The position numbers and the translations under genes were made by a program. Below the pieces are notes generated by a model. That model searched no databases and had not been told where the DNA came from. It worked only from the letters and a program-made list of their open reading frames with translations. This document shows, in pieces, positions 16,914-25,610 of a stretch of 29,318 nucleotides of DNA. The stretch is from an uncultured virus (IMG/VR IMGVR_UViG_2675903231_000002) (taxonomy: Duplodnaviria; Heunggongvirae; Uroviricota; Caudoviricetes): the IMG/VR virus record IMGVR_UViG_2675903231_000002. One strand, written 5' to 3'. The first letter of the stretch is position 1. Every line of letters starts with the position of its first letter.

Positions 16914-17399
16914 TTAAAAGAGCATGTCGTCGTCCGGGATATCTAGCACGGTGTCGTCCGCAAACGGGTCGTCATCCGCAAACGGATCGTCCTCGAACCG
17001 CTTGGACGTTGGTGCCGGTTTGCCAGGCGCAGACTTGCTCTGCTGAGTGTCTGCGGCCGACGCAGTCTTGCCGTTCGCGTCTGCCCTGTCCAAGAACCGG
17101 ACAGACTCGGCAATGACTTCCGACACGCGCACCTTTTGCCCATCGCGATTCTCATACGACCGAATCTGTAATCGACCATCCACCGCAGCCAAACGTCCTT
17201 TGTGCAGGTACTGGGCGCACAATTCGGCGAGTTTCTGCCAGACAACGATGTTGATGAAATCCGTCTCGCGTTCTCCGGACTGATTCGGGCGTGGCCTGTC
17301 CACCGCCAGGGTGAACTTCGCCACGGCTGTACCGGAGTTGGTGTATCGGAGTTCCGGGTCGGCCGTAAGCCGGCCGATGAGAATGACCCGATTGAGCAC
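16914..17399 (-). CDS. ssb: Single-stranded DNA-binding protein
   Basis: [20 protein letters not shown]...DFINIVVW; acidic tail ending DDDMLF. Confidence 0.97.
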   Translation of the reverse strand: MLNRVILIGRLTADPELRYTNSGTAVAKFTLAVDRPRPNQSGERETDFINIVVWQKLAELCAQYLHKGRLAAVDGRLQIRSYENRDGQKVRVSEVIAESVRFLDRADANGKTASAADTQQSKSAPGKPAPTSKRFEDDPFADDDPFADDTVLDIPDDDMLF

Positions 17400-17423
17400 C
17401 AGCTCATCTCCTTTCAGGACACA

Positions 17424-18491
17424 TCAGGACACAATCGCGAAATCCACGAGTTCCGTGCGGTTTCTCCACTTCTCAGATGGAGCCGTACGGAACCGGATCG
17501 CGGTTCCTGCTTTGAGGCGTTGCAACTGATGGACCAACTTAGGCTCATCCGTGAGGACTTCCACCAGTTTCCCGTCCAACGTGGCCAATTCAGCCCGGGC
17601 CACTTCCTTGTTGGACTTGTTGCGCTTGACCTCCACCTTTGCCACTGCAGCCACGTCGGCGCCATTCATGTCGTCGACATGTGGATCCGGCTGTGGCTCG
17701 CCTTCAGTGGTTTCCACGTCGCTGCCGGCCACGTCCGTGTCCCGAACGATGTTGGCGTCGGTGTACAGGTCCTCTGGCAACTCGTCCTGCGGAATCGGCT
17801 CGACGAGCGGTGTCCCCGTACTGAGCAACGGCATTTGACGCAGAAAGTCGGTCAGCTTCATGTCCTGGATTGCAAGCTCCAGAACGTAAACCGTCTTTGC
17901 AATGCCGTCCGGGTTGACCACCTTCGGCACAATCCGCAGCTGGAGCGGGATCATGGCGATCCGCCCGCCCGTCAAGGCGCGAATCATCTGGATGGAGCCG
18001 TTGAGGTTCGCTGTGGTGTGATAGCTCGACGTGTCGATCTGCCACACCCCGATACCCGGAACGTCCGGCAGGAAGAACTGCAGCCGTCCGAGTTCCTTGC
18101 ACTTGTTCTGCTGATAGAAGGGGCAGTCCTTGTACAGACACGGGATCTGTACGCGATTTCCCTGTCCGTCTGCACGATGCGCGATCTGGCCGTCCCCCTT
18201 ACAGAACAGCTTGTACTTCCCGCTTCCGCCCTGGTACGAAGCCAGGTGCTGCGGGAAAAACTGCTCTGGATCGTTGGTGGGGAAAGCGATCGTGATCTCA
18301 CGCGGCTTGTCTCCATATACGCTGTGGAACGCCTTCGCCGCCGCCTCAGACGTGGATTCGTCCGGCTTAACAACGAAGTAGTCAACAGCCTTGGGATGCT
18401 CTTTACCCTTGTCGTTTGTCGTCCGAAACCCGAGATGGATTTTACCAACCCGGGGGATGCGTACCTCGTCGGACCAGCCTTTGATGGGCAC
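17424..18491 (-). CDS. Phage Gp3-like / recombination directionality factor-like protein
   Basis: RIPRVGKIHLG, LFCKGDG, PC...CP...CK..GRLQF and GVWQIDTSS. GTG start at 18491 with SD AAGGAGG. Confidence 0.75.
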   Translation of the reverse strand: MPIKGWSDEVRIPRVGKIHLGFRTTNDKGKEHPKAVDYFVVKPDESTSEAAAKAFHSVYGDKPREITIAFPTNDPEQFFPQHLASYQGGSGKYKLFCKGDGQIAHRADGQGNRVQIPCLYKDCPFYQQNKCKELGRLQFFLPDVPGIGVWQIDTSSYHTTANLNGSIQMIRALTGGRIAMIPLQLRIVPKVVNPDGIAKTVYVLELAIQDMKLTDFLRQMPLLSTGTPLVEPIPQDELPEDLYTDANIVRDTDVAGSDVETTEGEPQPDPHVDDMNGADVAAVAKVEVKRNKSNKEVARAELATLDGKLVEVLTDEPKLVHQLQRLKAGTAIRFRTAPSEKWRNRTELVDFAIVS

Positions 18492-18508
18492 GGCAATTCC
18501 TCCTTCGC

Positions 18509-19051
18509 CTAGCTGACCGCTCCCCCACATACAGGTTCTGCGTGGGTATGATCAGCTTGGACATCGTTTTCTCCCTCCGCGAGCAGCCTCATCAGTCGTT
18601 CGGTTTGCTCGCGCTTGAATTTCTCGTGTGCCTGCCACTCACGCCAGATCCAATCAAGCTCAGCCTTGCGACGGCGATGCCATTCAATGGGGTTGACTCC
18701 CTTTGGCGCACTCCGTCGCGGCGTTCTCAAGGTGAACCCGAGTTCCGCCAGCTGCGCTTTGGTCAGGCGCTCAGCGGGGTGCAACAGGCGCTTGGGCCGG
18801 CCGTCCTGCGGGTACAGTTCCGCCTTCGCAGCCTCGAAGCTAATGCCTCGAAGCCACGCGTGGAAAGCAACCACTCCGCCCTTTGCCCCACACTTGTGAC
18901 AGTAGAACGTGTCTTTGACTGCGGACACGTACAGGTGAAAGTCTCGGCCCTGATCTCCGCACACCGGGCAATGGGCCTTGTACTGGCCAGGGCGGGACGT
19001 CTTGTACAACACGAGCTGGTTGCGTTGTGCAACTTCCTCAATGCCGACCAA
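18509..19051 (-). CDS. CHC2-type zinc-finger protein (primase Zn-binding domain, no TOPRIM domain)
   Basis: HCPVCGD...FYCHKCGAKGGVV...GISFEAA. TTG start at 19051 with SD GAGGGGGG. Confidence 0.82.
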   Translation of the reverse strand: MVGIEEVAQRNQLVLYKTSRPGQYKAHCPVCGDQGRDFHLYVSAVKDTFYCHKCGAKGGVVAFHAWLRGISFEAAKAELYPQDGRPKRLLHPAERLTKAQLAELGFTLRTPRRSAPKGVNPIEWHRRRKAELDWIWREWQAHEKFKREQTERLMRLLAEGENDVQADHTHAEPVCGGAVS

Positions 19052-19108
19052 GCCGATCCCCCCCTCGTGCACGTGCAGTGGCTTGTGCATACCGCATAAG
19101 AAGCACTC

Positions 19109-19171
19109 TCAGAGTGTTTTGGGGTACTTGTCGGTAAGCGTGAGGGGTTCAATGTGAGGATTACTTCGCAT
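19109..19171 (-). CDS. Possible 20-aa leader peptide
   Basis: MRSNPHIEPLTLTDKYPKTL, with SD GGGAG 8 nt upstream inside a stem. Confidence 0.3.
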   Translation of the reverse strand: MRSNPHIEPLTLTDKYPKTL

Positions 19172-19241
19172 TTGCATCTCTCCCGATTCTCCCCGCTTGG
19201 CCGCCGGGGAGACTGATTTTTCCCCGCGGCTGGGGATCGGG

Positions 19242-19318
19242 AAATAAAAAGGCAAGCGCTAAAAAAGCATCTCGACACTTGGATTGATCCAAGAATCCAG
19301 ACGCTTGAAGCGCTTGCC
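19242..19318 (-). terminator. Long-stem intrinsic terminator/attenuator in the operon leader
   Basis: GGCAAGCGCT...AGCGCTTGCC followed by TTTTTATTT. The inner stem AAGCGTCT..CTTGGAT-CA-ATCCAAG..AGATGCTT is followed by its own T run. Confidence 0.75.
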
Positions 19319-19690
19319 CTTTAACCGCCTTCGGCTTACGCCGTCCAGCGGATTCCCTACCTACATGTTTGCGACTGCCTTCGCCCCGTCACCGGTCGCA
19401 TTCGGATGATCAACGGGGGATCCAACATCTGTCCCCGGATACCGTCTCGTTCAGTGAGACCGGCTGCTTCGTATCCGGGTAATCCCATCGACCTGATTGC
19501 CAAGGTGGTGATGGGAAGATGATAATGCGTCACAGACTAAAGCGACCTCGCAGAGCGCCCCGACTCGACAGTTGCTGGATCGTTACCAGGAAAGTGGCGC
19601 GCCTTTCCTTCGCTCACTTAGTGAGGATCCAGAACTCCGGCACTCACCCGCTTAGGGGCTATTACGTGCCTTCAAACACCTTCTGAGTAC
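19242..19690 (-). ncRNA. Putative ~450 nt structured leader RNA
   Basis: Lies between the promoter and the terminator with no credible ORF and continuous stems (e.g. CCCGGATAC/GTATCCGGG, TCCCATC/GATGGGA, TGCGAC/GTCGCA, AGGAAAG/CTTTCCT, GGCAC/GTGCC). Confidence 0.55.
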
Positions 19691-19696
19691 AGCGTT

Positions 19697-19725
19697 ATCA
19701 TATCTCAAGATTATTACACGCGCAA
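19697..19725 (-). promoter_or_regulatory. SigmaA-type promoter
   Basis: TTGCGC (19725-19720), a 17 bp spacer, then TATGAT (19702-19697), in an AT-rich patch directly after a terminator. Confidence 0.75.
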
Positions 19726-19736
19726 TAGACCTTGAC

Positions 19737-19769
19737 AAAAAATTAGCACCACCTCTTGGCGGTGCTAAT
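19737..19769 (-). terminator. Intrinsic terminator of the Tad/S1 block
   Basis: ATTAGCACCGCCAAGAGGTGGTGCTAAT followed by TTTTT, about 16 nt after the S1 gene stop. Confidence 0.88.
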
Positions 19770-19785
19770 CACCAGTTGCCTGGCT

Positions 19786-20685
19786 TTAGGCTACTGGTTG
19801 AGCAATTACGCCTTCCACTGTACCGAGCAGAACCTTTTCCTCCTCGTTACGTCCAGTGATTCGGAGCGACACCCAAGTTCCTGTCCGGAACATTTCTCGC
19901 TCACCGCCCCGCCGGAAACGCACGCTCACACCATCATGCAGCACTGCGTAGCCGTTGCTTCCACGCACGACGCGAACCTGCCCTACCACGTGGCTGCCGT
20001 TGATGTACTTGCCTTTATGCAGGTCATACGGATTGTCCATGGCGTCTTTCCGGGATACCACAATGGTCTTTCCTGAGCGTTCTGGCATGATTTTGACTGT
20101 GACCATTTCCCCGATTCCCAACTCACGCGGCTGAACCACGCCAAAATCGACCAAGGACAATGGCAGCCATGTGGAAAATCCACCGACGTCCACAATGTAA
20201 CCGCGAGGCAACCGCCGGGCGATCACACCCGTCCAATTCGTGCCTGGAGACATCTTCGGCAGGTTCGCATTTTGCATAGCTTCGCGTGCTCGCCGTCTCG
20301 AGAACAACAGCAGAGGCCGTTCTCCCGTGCCCGGATTAAATCGGTCCGGCATCACCGCGATGAGCCGGTTGTAGTACCGCGGGAACTGTCTCGCGTTTGC
20401 AATTCCAGATTCGGACAGCGGGATATGCCCGATGAGCGGCCCGAACCGAATCATGAGTGCCTCTTCTTCCCGCCACTCTTGTTGGTTGTCTTGTTTGTTG
20501 AAGTAATACTTGATCCGTTCGGACCCAGTGACGAGGGCCTGCACGACAGTGTCATTGCTACGCCACGACATGAACATCATCAGGGCGTGTTCATCGCTGT
20601 CGAATTGCTGTGGGTTGATTCTTGCTCCTTCCGCAGTAATGTTCAGATACACCGGAATCGCATCCACATTAACTTCCTCCCTCAC
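19786..20685 (-). CDS. S1 (OB-fold) RNA-binding domain protein
   Basis: WTGVIARRLPRGYIVDVGGFSTWLPLS...IGEMVTVKI...IVVSRK, then a second degenerate S1 repeat. Confidence 0.8.
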   Translation of the reverse strand: MREEVNVDAIPVYLNITAEGARINPQQFDSDEHALMMFMSWRSNDTVVQALVTGSERIKYYFNKQDNQQEWREEEALMIRFGPLIGHIPLSESGIANARQFPRYYNRLIAVMPDRFNPGTGERPLLLFSRRRAREAMQNANLPKMSPGTNWTGVIARRLPRGYIVDVGGFSTWLPLSLVDFGVVQPRELGIGEMVTVKIMPERSGKTIVVSRKDAMDNPYDLHKGKYINGSHVVGQVRVVRGSNGYAVLHDGVSVRFRRGGEREMFRTGTWVSLRITGRNEEEKVLLGTVEGVIAQPVA

Positions 20686-20686
20686 C

Positions 20687-21025
20687 TTAGATTTGAAATT
20701 TAGCTTCCCACGCTTTCCCGTTAAATCGGACCCCCAACACTTTCGAGTATCCGAGCCTGGAACAATGGTCCTGTGCCCTGCGAAGAGCCACGTTAGCCAG
20801 TTCAGCCAGCTCGTTGGCCTGTACTCCCATGGGCGGCGGGACTTCGTACAAAACCAGCGTGGCGCGATGTTCCACTATCGGACCATTCATCCTGGACTCC
20901 ACCCGAACCACAGGCCGCTTGTGGAGCTTCGCCTGTTTATGGGCCACCACCCTGCGCAAAATCCGAAGTTCCTCCGCTTCGCTCCTCTCCAACTTGTTGG
21001 ACCGCCCTCCTCTCGTGCGGTACAC
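20687..21025 (-). CDS. Basic hypothetical protein
   Basis: Co-oriented 112-aa ORF abutting the S1 gene. Start uncertain. Confidence 0.55.
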   Translation of the reverse strand: MYRTRGGRSNKLERSEAEELRILRRVVAHKQAKLHKRPVVRVESRMNGPIVEHRATLVLYEVPPPMGVQANELAELANVALRRAQDHCSRLGYSKVLGVRFNGKAWEAKFQI

Positions 21026-21088
21026 CTACACGGTCATTGTCATGCCGCATGTTCATTCCCGCGATGCAAAAATGGCGCAACTTTTCGC

Positions 21089-21520
21089 TCACAGGACGTT
21101 GGCCCACGCCATGGCCACCAGGGTGCTTAACACCATGTAAGGGGCGACCGCCACCCTCAACTTCTTTCTCTTCCGCACCGCCGGCAAAAACCGAATCAGG
21201 ACGAGTGCGTTAGTCACTACGAAAGCGAGCAGCACAACCGCAGGCCCAAAAATCGCCCCAATCACTCCGTATAACAGGGTGTCCCCCCAACCCATGTGAA
21301 CGCACAGGGAAAGGACCGTGCCCAAAAGCAGTCCAAGTGCAAGACCAGCGAACGACAACCACAGTCCACGCCAGCCCTCAAACACCACGCCCAACACGAA
21401 TCCCGCAAGGACTCCGGTCAACACGATCCACAGCGAAATCGTGTATGTCCTGCGATCCTCTTCGGCGGCGACGAGAAGGACGGTCATGCCTACGAACAGT
21501 GTGACAAGGCCCCTAAGCAT
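21089..21520 (-). CDS. Prepilin peptidase (A24, TadV/CpaA-like)
   Basis: EDRRTYTI and MGWGD aspartates, C-terminal VAVAPYM, multiple TM helices. Confidence 0.85.
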   Translation of the reverse strand: MLRGLVTLFVGMTVLLVAAEEDRRTYTISLWIVLTGVLAGFVLGVVFEGWRGLWLSFAGLALGLLLGTVLSLCVHMGWGDTLLYGVIGAIFGPAVVLLAFVVTNALVLIRFLPAVRKRKKLRVAVAPYMVLSTLVAMAWANVL

Positions 21521-22967
21521 GGCTCAACGCCTCTTTACGCACAAATACGTCGTAGTCGTCGCCGTCATACACCTTCTGCCATTCAGATGACACCCGCAAC
21601 AGCTCTACCAGCGGTGCACTGTCACTGATGCATACATAGTCCACGCCTTGGGTTTGCAATTTCTGCAGTGTGCCGGCCTTCGCCAACTCAGACTCAATGA
21701 AGGTTTTCATCACCCCGTCAGCGAGATACAACTCCGTGCGCCCATCCACACTGACAGGCACACCGAGTTCCTCCAAGGTTCCACCCAGGTCGTAATCATT
21801 CCACAATCGCCAATCTGGGTGTTGCTGATGAAGCTGTTCCACCACAGCTACCGCTTCTGGATACAGTTTCGGTGCCGCGTTTGTGCGCAGGGTTCCGTGC
21901 ACCGACAAACTTTCCCGTACCACAAGCCCCGTTGTTCCAAGCGCCAGCGCGATGGCCAACGGTCTGCTCCAGGATCGTATGGGATAACTCGAAAGCCGAC
22001 GGATAGATGCCTTTGGAGCCAAAAACCATGGCAAAGTGACCAGGAAGTATGAGCCGAAGCGGACAGCATGTAAGAACATCGCAAGGGTTCCCACGAACCA
22101 CACGGATCTGAAAAAACTCACTGGCTCCAGCGCAGATAGTCTCGCCACTATCCCGATACCAAGCAACACCAAGGCGGCGGCGGTGTACCATTCGGTCGCC
22201 ACAGGAGGTTGCCATTCAAGGATGTATTGCCACACATGAGACTGTAGCGACAGCCAGACGGAAAATGCGTACAAGTGCCAGGTCTGTGGGTTTGCCAATC
22301 CCACGAGCATCAGGACGAGGGCAGTCAACAGCAAGGGACGGGAGCGTTCCGGATGCGGCCGATGATGGATCCAGCCCCACTCAAAGGCAGGAATGAGCTC
22401 GCTGACGCCGACCCATATCACCCATCCGATGCCAAGCACAAAGGATCCGTGTAGGTTTGCCCAAACAAGCATCCCAGGCACCAGCCAGGCGAGGTTTCGT
22501 AAACGCCCGGTCTCCCGAAACCGTTCCACCTGCAATACAAATAAGGCGAACAGCAGGTATGAGAAGGTTTCTGCGCGAATCTGGTCCCACGGTAAGGACA
22601 GGACCGCCACAACAAATGCCATGATGCGCGGATATGCTGCTTGCCGCCGTGCCAAGAGCTCCCCCAGCGTCCACCAGGTGGCGCTGGACACCAGGGCCAT
22701 CATGCCAACGACCCCTCGAAACCCGAGCCAATGATTGGCCAGATACAGCAGTACCTCGAATCCCCATTCCTGTGGCGTCCATGCTTGTCCGTAGGCGGTC
22801 CAGGTCCAGTAATCCTGACGAGGAATTTGGTGATGAGCAACGATCCACTGACCAACGAGGTTGGACCAGATGGGATCTTCGATGATATACGGTGTCTTAT
22901 ACCAACCCACGAATAGAGCTAAAAGAGCCGTCGCGAGGACGGCTCTTTTCTGACGCTGACTCACCAT
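21513..22967 (-). CDS. Polytopic membrane protein, putative GT-C glycosyltransferase
   Basis: About 11 TM segments with an acidic first loop (EDPIW...GQWI...IP..D.WTWT...W.PQEW), WANLHGSF, and C-terminal NDYDLGG / DGRTELY. Confidence 0.65.
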   Translation of the reverse strand: MVSQRQKRAVLATALLALFVGWYKTPYIIEDPIWSNLVGQWIVAHHQIPRQDYWTWTAYGQAWTPQEWGFEVLLYLANHWLGFRGVVGMMALVSSATWWTLGELLARRQAAYPRIMAFVVAVLSLPWDQIRAETFSYLLFALFVLQVERFRETGRLRNLAWLVPGMLVWANLHGSFVLGIGWVIWVGVSELIPAFEWGWIHHRPHPERSRPLLLTALVLMLVGLANPQTWHLYAFSVWLSLQSHVWQYILEWQPPVATEWYTAAALVLLGIGIVARLSALEPVSFFRSVWFVGTLAMFLHAVRFGSYFLVTLPWFLAPKASIRRLSSYPIRSWSRPLAIALALGTTGLVVRESLSVHGTLRTNAAPKLYPEAVAVVEQLHQQHPDWRLWNDYDLGGTLEELGVPVSVDGRTELYLADGVMKTFIESELAKAGTLQKLQTQGVDYVCISDSAPLVELLRVSSEWQKVYDGDDYDVFVRKEALSHA

Positions 22968-24304
22968 GCAGAACGTCCCTCTCGGAACCGAGCCGGAATG
23001 TCGCGTTTGGGTTGTGCACTTCCCGCTCCCACACCTACAGGTTCGTCGTGAAGTCTTGATGTCGAATCGGTTGCGGGTTGCAGGTGCTCCACTCGGGACT
23101 CAGAACGGGGTTCAGGAGCCGATACGGCTTCCGGTTTATCCGTCGCAAGGACCGGTCTTTGCGACAGATCCTGCGACCTTTCAGAGGGAGCTTGCCCCTG
23201 CGGCTCAGGTGTGACCCGAATATCATCCGCAGTCATCTCTCGCTTCCCCACGTCCTGACTGATGGATTGCCCTGACTGCCTTGCCGACGCCTGAGTCTCA
23301 ACCGTGTGGCTTCCCATAACTGCCTGCAAACATCCCTTTGCGTTGACCCACTGAGCGTCTTTGACAAAAACCTCGTGGGGGTGAAATCCCGCGAGTGCCT
23401 CTTGGAGTATCTGCGCCCCGCCTCCGATCCAAAAGACTGCCCGCACACGGTTTCGTTTGGATCCCCAGAGGTCTGCCAACTGGGAATGTATGCTTCGTGC
23501 GAGGGACTTCTTCGCCCGGGTCACTTCTTCTTCACAACTCCACACCCGGTCACCGTAATAGATAGACCCTTGTTCCAAAACCCGGTCGGCCAAATCAGGA
23601 TCCAGCATTTCTCCAGTCTCCGCCTCAAACACCCGTCGAATGACGCTCGTGAGATTCCTCGCGCCGTGAGAGAGGGTAGAGGAGAGTTCTTCATGAACCA
23701 GTATCTCCGTCCCGGACACTTCGAGCACCACGACATCAGTGGTATCCCCGCCGATGTCGACTACGGCAAGGTAACCATCTTCGTCTGCGAACTCCTGGTA
23801 CTCAGAAGCCAGAGAATAGGCAGCCACAAGACTCTGCGGATAGGTCGTTACCGACCGGATGACAAGACGTTTCCGCTGCCCGTCCACGATCTCGAGATCC
23901 TTTTGTACCCCTCGCAATCGAGCAGCAAATTCAGCTTGGACGATGGGGTACTGAGAGTACGGAAAATCAACCACCAGATCTACCGGTTCCTCATCACGAA
24001 CCAGACATCCAAGTGCCGTCCACACGAGCAGCTCGGCCGATTCACTTGCGAACCGTTCCCGACCGAACACGTATTCCGGCAGAGTACCGAACCGCTCGGC
24101 CATCTTGCCCACGTACATATCCCTGGTCTGATCCCCATCGTAAAAACGCACCTGCAGGACATCTTCAGACTTAGATGGACTGGCTGACAGGGAAAACACC
24201 CTGCGGCGCTGTCCTTCTGCGACAACGGAACGGAACAAGATTCGTTCCCCTGACTCAGACACGGCTTTGACATACCGATTTCCTAAATCCACTGCGATTT
24301 TCAT
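22961..24304 (-). CDS. ParM/StbA-family actin-like ATPase with a long C-terminal tail
   Basis: IAVDLGNRYVK, VVDIGGDTTD and IGGGA. Start re-assigned to ATG 24304 with SD GAGGGG. Confidence 0.88.
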   Translation of the reverse strand: MKIAVDLGNRYVKAVSESGERILFRSVVAEGQRRRVFSLSASPSKSEDVLQVRFYDGDQTRDMYVGKMAERFGTLPEYVFGRERFASESAELLVWTALGCLVRDEEPVDLVVDFPYSQYPIVQAEFAARLRGVQKDLEIVDGQRKRLVIRSVTTYPQSLVAAYSLASEYQEFADEDGYLAVVDIGGDTTDVVVLEVSGTEILVHEELSSTLSHGARNLTSVIRRVFEAETGEMLDPDLADRVLEQGSIYYGDRVWSCEEEVTRAKKSLARSIHSQLADLWGSKRNRVRAVFWIGGGAQILQEALAGFHPHEVFVKDAQWVNAKGCLQAVMGSHTVETQASARQSGQSISQDVGKREMTADDIRVTPEPQGQAPSERSQDLSQRPVLATDKPEAVSAPEPRSESRVEHLQPATDSTSRLHDEPVGVGAGSAQPKRDIPARFREGRSAW

Positions 24305-24402
24305 TTCAGGTGTGCACCCCTCTCCCACGCTGTGATACATGTGAATCCAAGGGGAAGTATCGCAAAGCTGTTGGGAGAAGAAATGCAAAAACGGCGCGGG
24401 TT

Positions 24403-25068
24403 TTACGCCGGCCGTGACACGAGCTCGCGATTGGTCCATATAAACACCGACCACGACTTACCTGGGTACAACAGGCGTTGCCCGAAACGGATAGGGAAAG
24501 CCCCATTGTACACTTCTTTTAACAGGTGTTTTACCGCTCGATAGCCCACCCTGCCAAAGGCGTCTGTGTAGGTCACACCAGTTATGGCAAATGGCCGGCC
24601 GGCTGCCAGGCATTGATGGGTGATTATTTCGGCATCCTGTCGTGTCCTGCGTACGATCTCCTTTTGATCATGGAGAAGTTCCTTTACTTTTCGAGGCGAT
24701 ACATGCACCTCGTAGAGATCCCCCGCCAGTTCAATCCCGGTAGCTCGGTGTATTCGAGAACGCAATGCCGGGTGCAATGGGCAGACCACTAGCAAGGATA
24801 GGGTACGGTGATTCATGGCCCAGGTCCAAATTGTTTGCAAGATCATTGTCATCATGATGACAACGGCTATACTGAGGAGAATGCTCGTCCGAACGGACGC
24901 AGGCGCATACAAGCAAGTGGCTGTGATAATAAACGTCCCGACCGCGAGCACCAGTTTCCCACGTCCACGTAGAAGCAACCACTGTAAAGAAGCCATAACA
25001 TCGTAGATAGGGCTATAGACACTGAACAACAATGACAACCAGCGGATAAGCTTGTCCAAAGAAATCAT
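24403..25068 (-). CDS. Membrane protein, hypothetical
   Basis: N-terminal hydrophobic helices. Overlaps the upstream stop (ATGA). Confidence 0.7.
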   Translation of the reverse strand: MISLDKLIRWLSLLFSVYSPIYDVMASLQWLLLRGRGKLVLAVGTFIITATCLYAPASVRTSILLSIAVVIMMTMILQTIWTWAMNHRTLSLLVVCPLHPALRSRIHRATGIELAGDLYEVHVSPRKVKELLHDQKEIVRRTRQDAEIITHQCLAAGRPFAITGVTYTDAFGRVGYRAVKHLLKEVYNGAFPIRFGQRLLYPGKSWSVFIWTNRELVSRPA

Positions 25069-25610
25069 CCTCCCACGTCTACAGATTGTCCCTGCATACT
25101 TGCCACCGGAGCCTCTGTCCAGATGATGGGCTGATCTGATAAGGAAGCATGCTCAAATAAGTTGCTCAAGATATTCAAAGCCGCGTATATACCCTTTGGC
25201 GTATAGGACACCGTGACTGTGTATTGCGCATGAGCTGGAGATGGATACGAGACCTGCGCGCTAACCACCTGCACGACATTGTTCAAACCGGCTCTTTGTT
25301 CTTCATCGGCGAAAACCTGATTTGCTATGGCTGTAGCAGCCTCAATGTTCACGTCCGGCTCGAAACCGACCCCGTTTGGGGCTGTGACAACACTGTACTG
25401 CGCTTGGGTAGCCGCGCTAACGGCAGCCGCTTTTGCGGCCGCGTACACCACTCTGTGGGTGTGGATCAGCTCGAAAGTGTCCACGGCAAACCAGATGGTG
25501 AGCAGCGTCATTGGTATGGAGAACATGACGTACAACACCGTGTCTTCCAGGTCCCCGCGAAATCTGCGCTTAATAGGCTTCGGCTGTGAACGGAACCAGT
25601 GTGCCGTCAC
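25065..25610 (-). CDS. TadE/TadG-like pseudopilin
   Basis: Basic leader RRFRG-DLED, a TM helix, then AAAKAAAVSAA. Confidence 0.7.
   Translation of the reverse strand: MTAHWFRSQPKPIKRRFRGDLEDTVLYVMFSIPMTLLTIWFAVDTFELIHTHRVVYAAAKAAAVSAATQAQYSVVTAPNGVGFEPDVNIEAATAIANQVFADEEQRAGLNNVVQVVSAQVSYPSPAHAQYTVTVSYTPKGIYAALNILSNLFEHASLSDQPIIWTEAPVASMQGQSVDVGG

Noticed and set aside
12332..19051. Prophage or chromosomal replication locus interpretation
   Set aside because: No structural or lysis genes and no dnaA/recF/gyrB context. The Tad, ParM and PRTRC content fits a plasmid or ICE.
19052..19690. Leader as tRNA, T-box, known riboswitch, oriT or iteron origin
   Set aside because: I could not see a cloverleaf, T-box consensus, recognisable aptamer, iterons or DnaA-box cluster, and there is no relaxase in the window. 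An origin cannot be fully excluded.
24388..24411. CGGCG..CGCCG-TTTTT possible terminator before parM
   Set aside because: The stem is only 5-6 bp and overlaps the stop codon, and no convincing promoter follows. Too weak to call.
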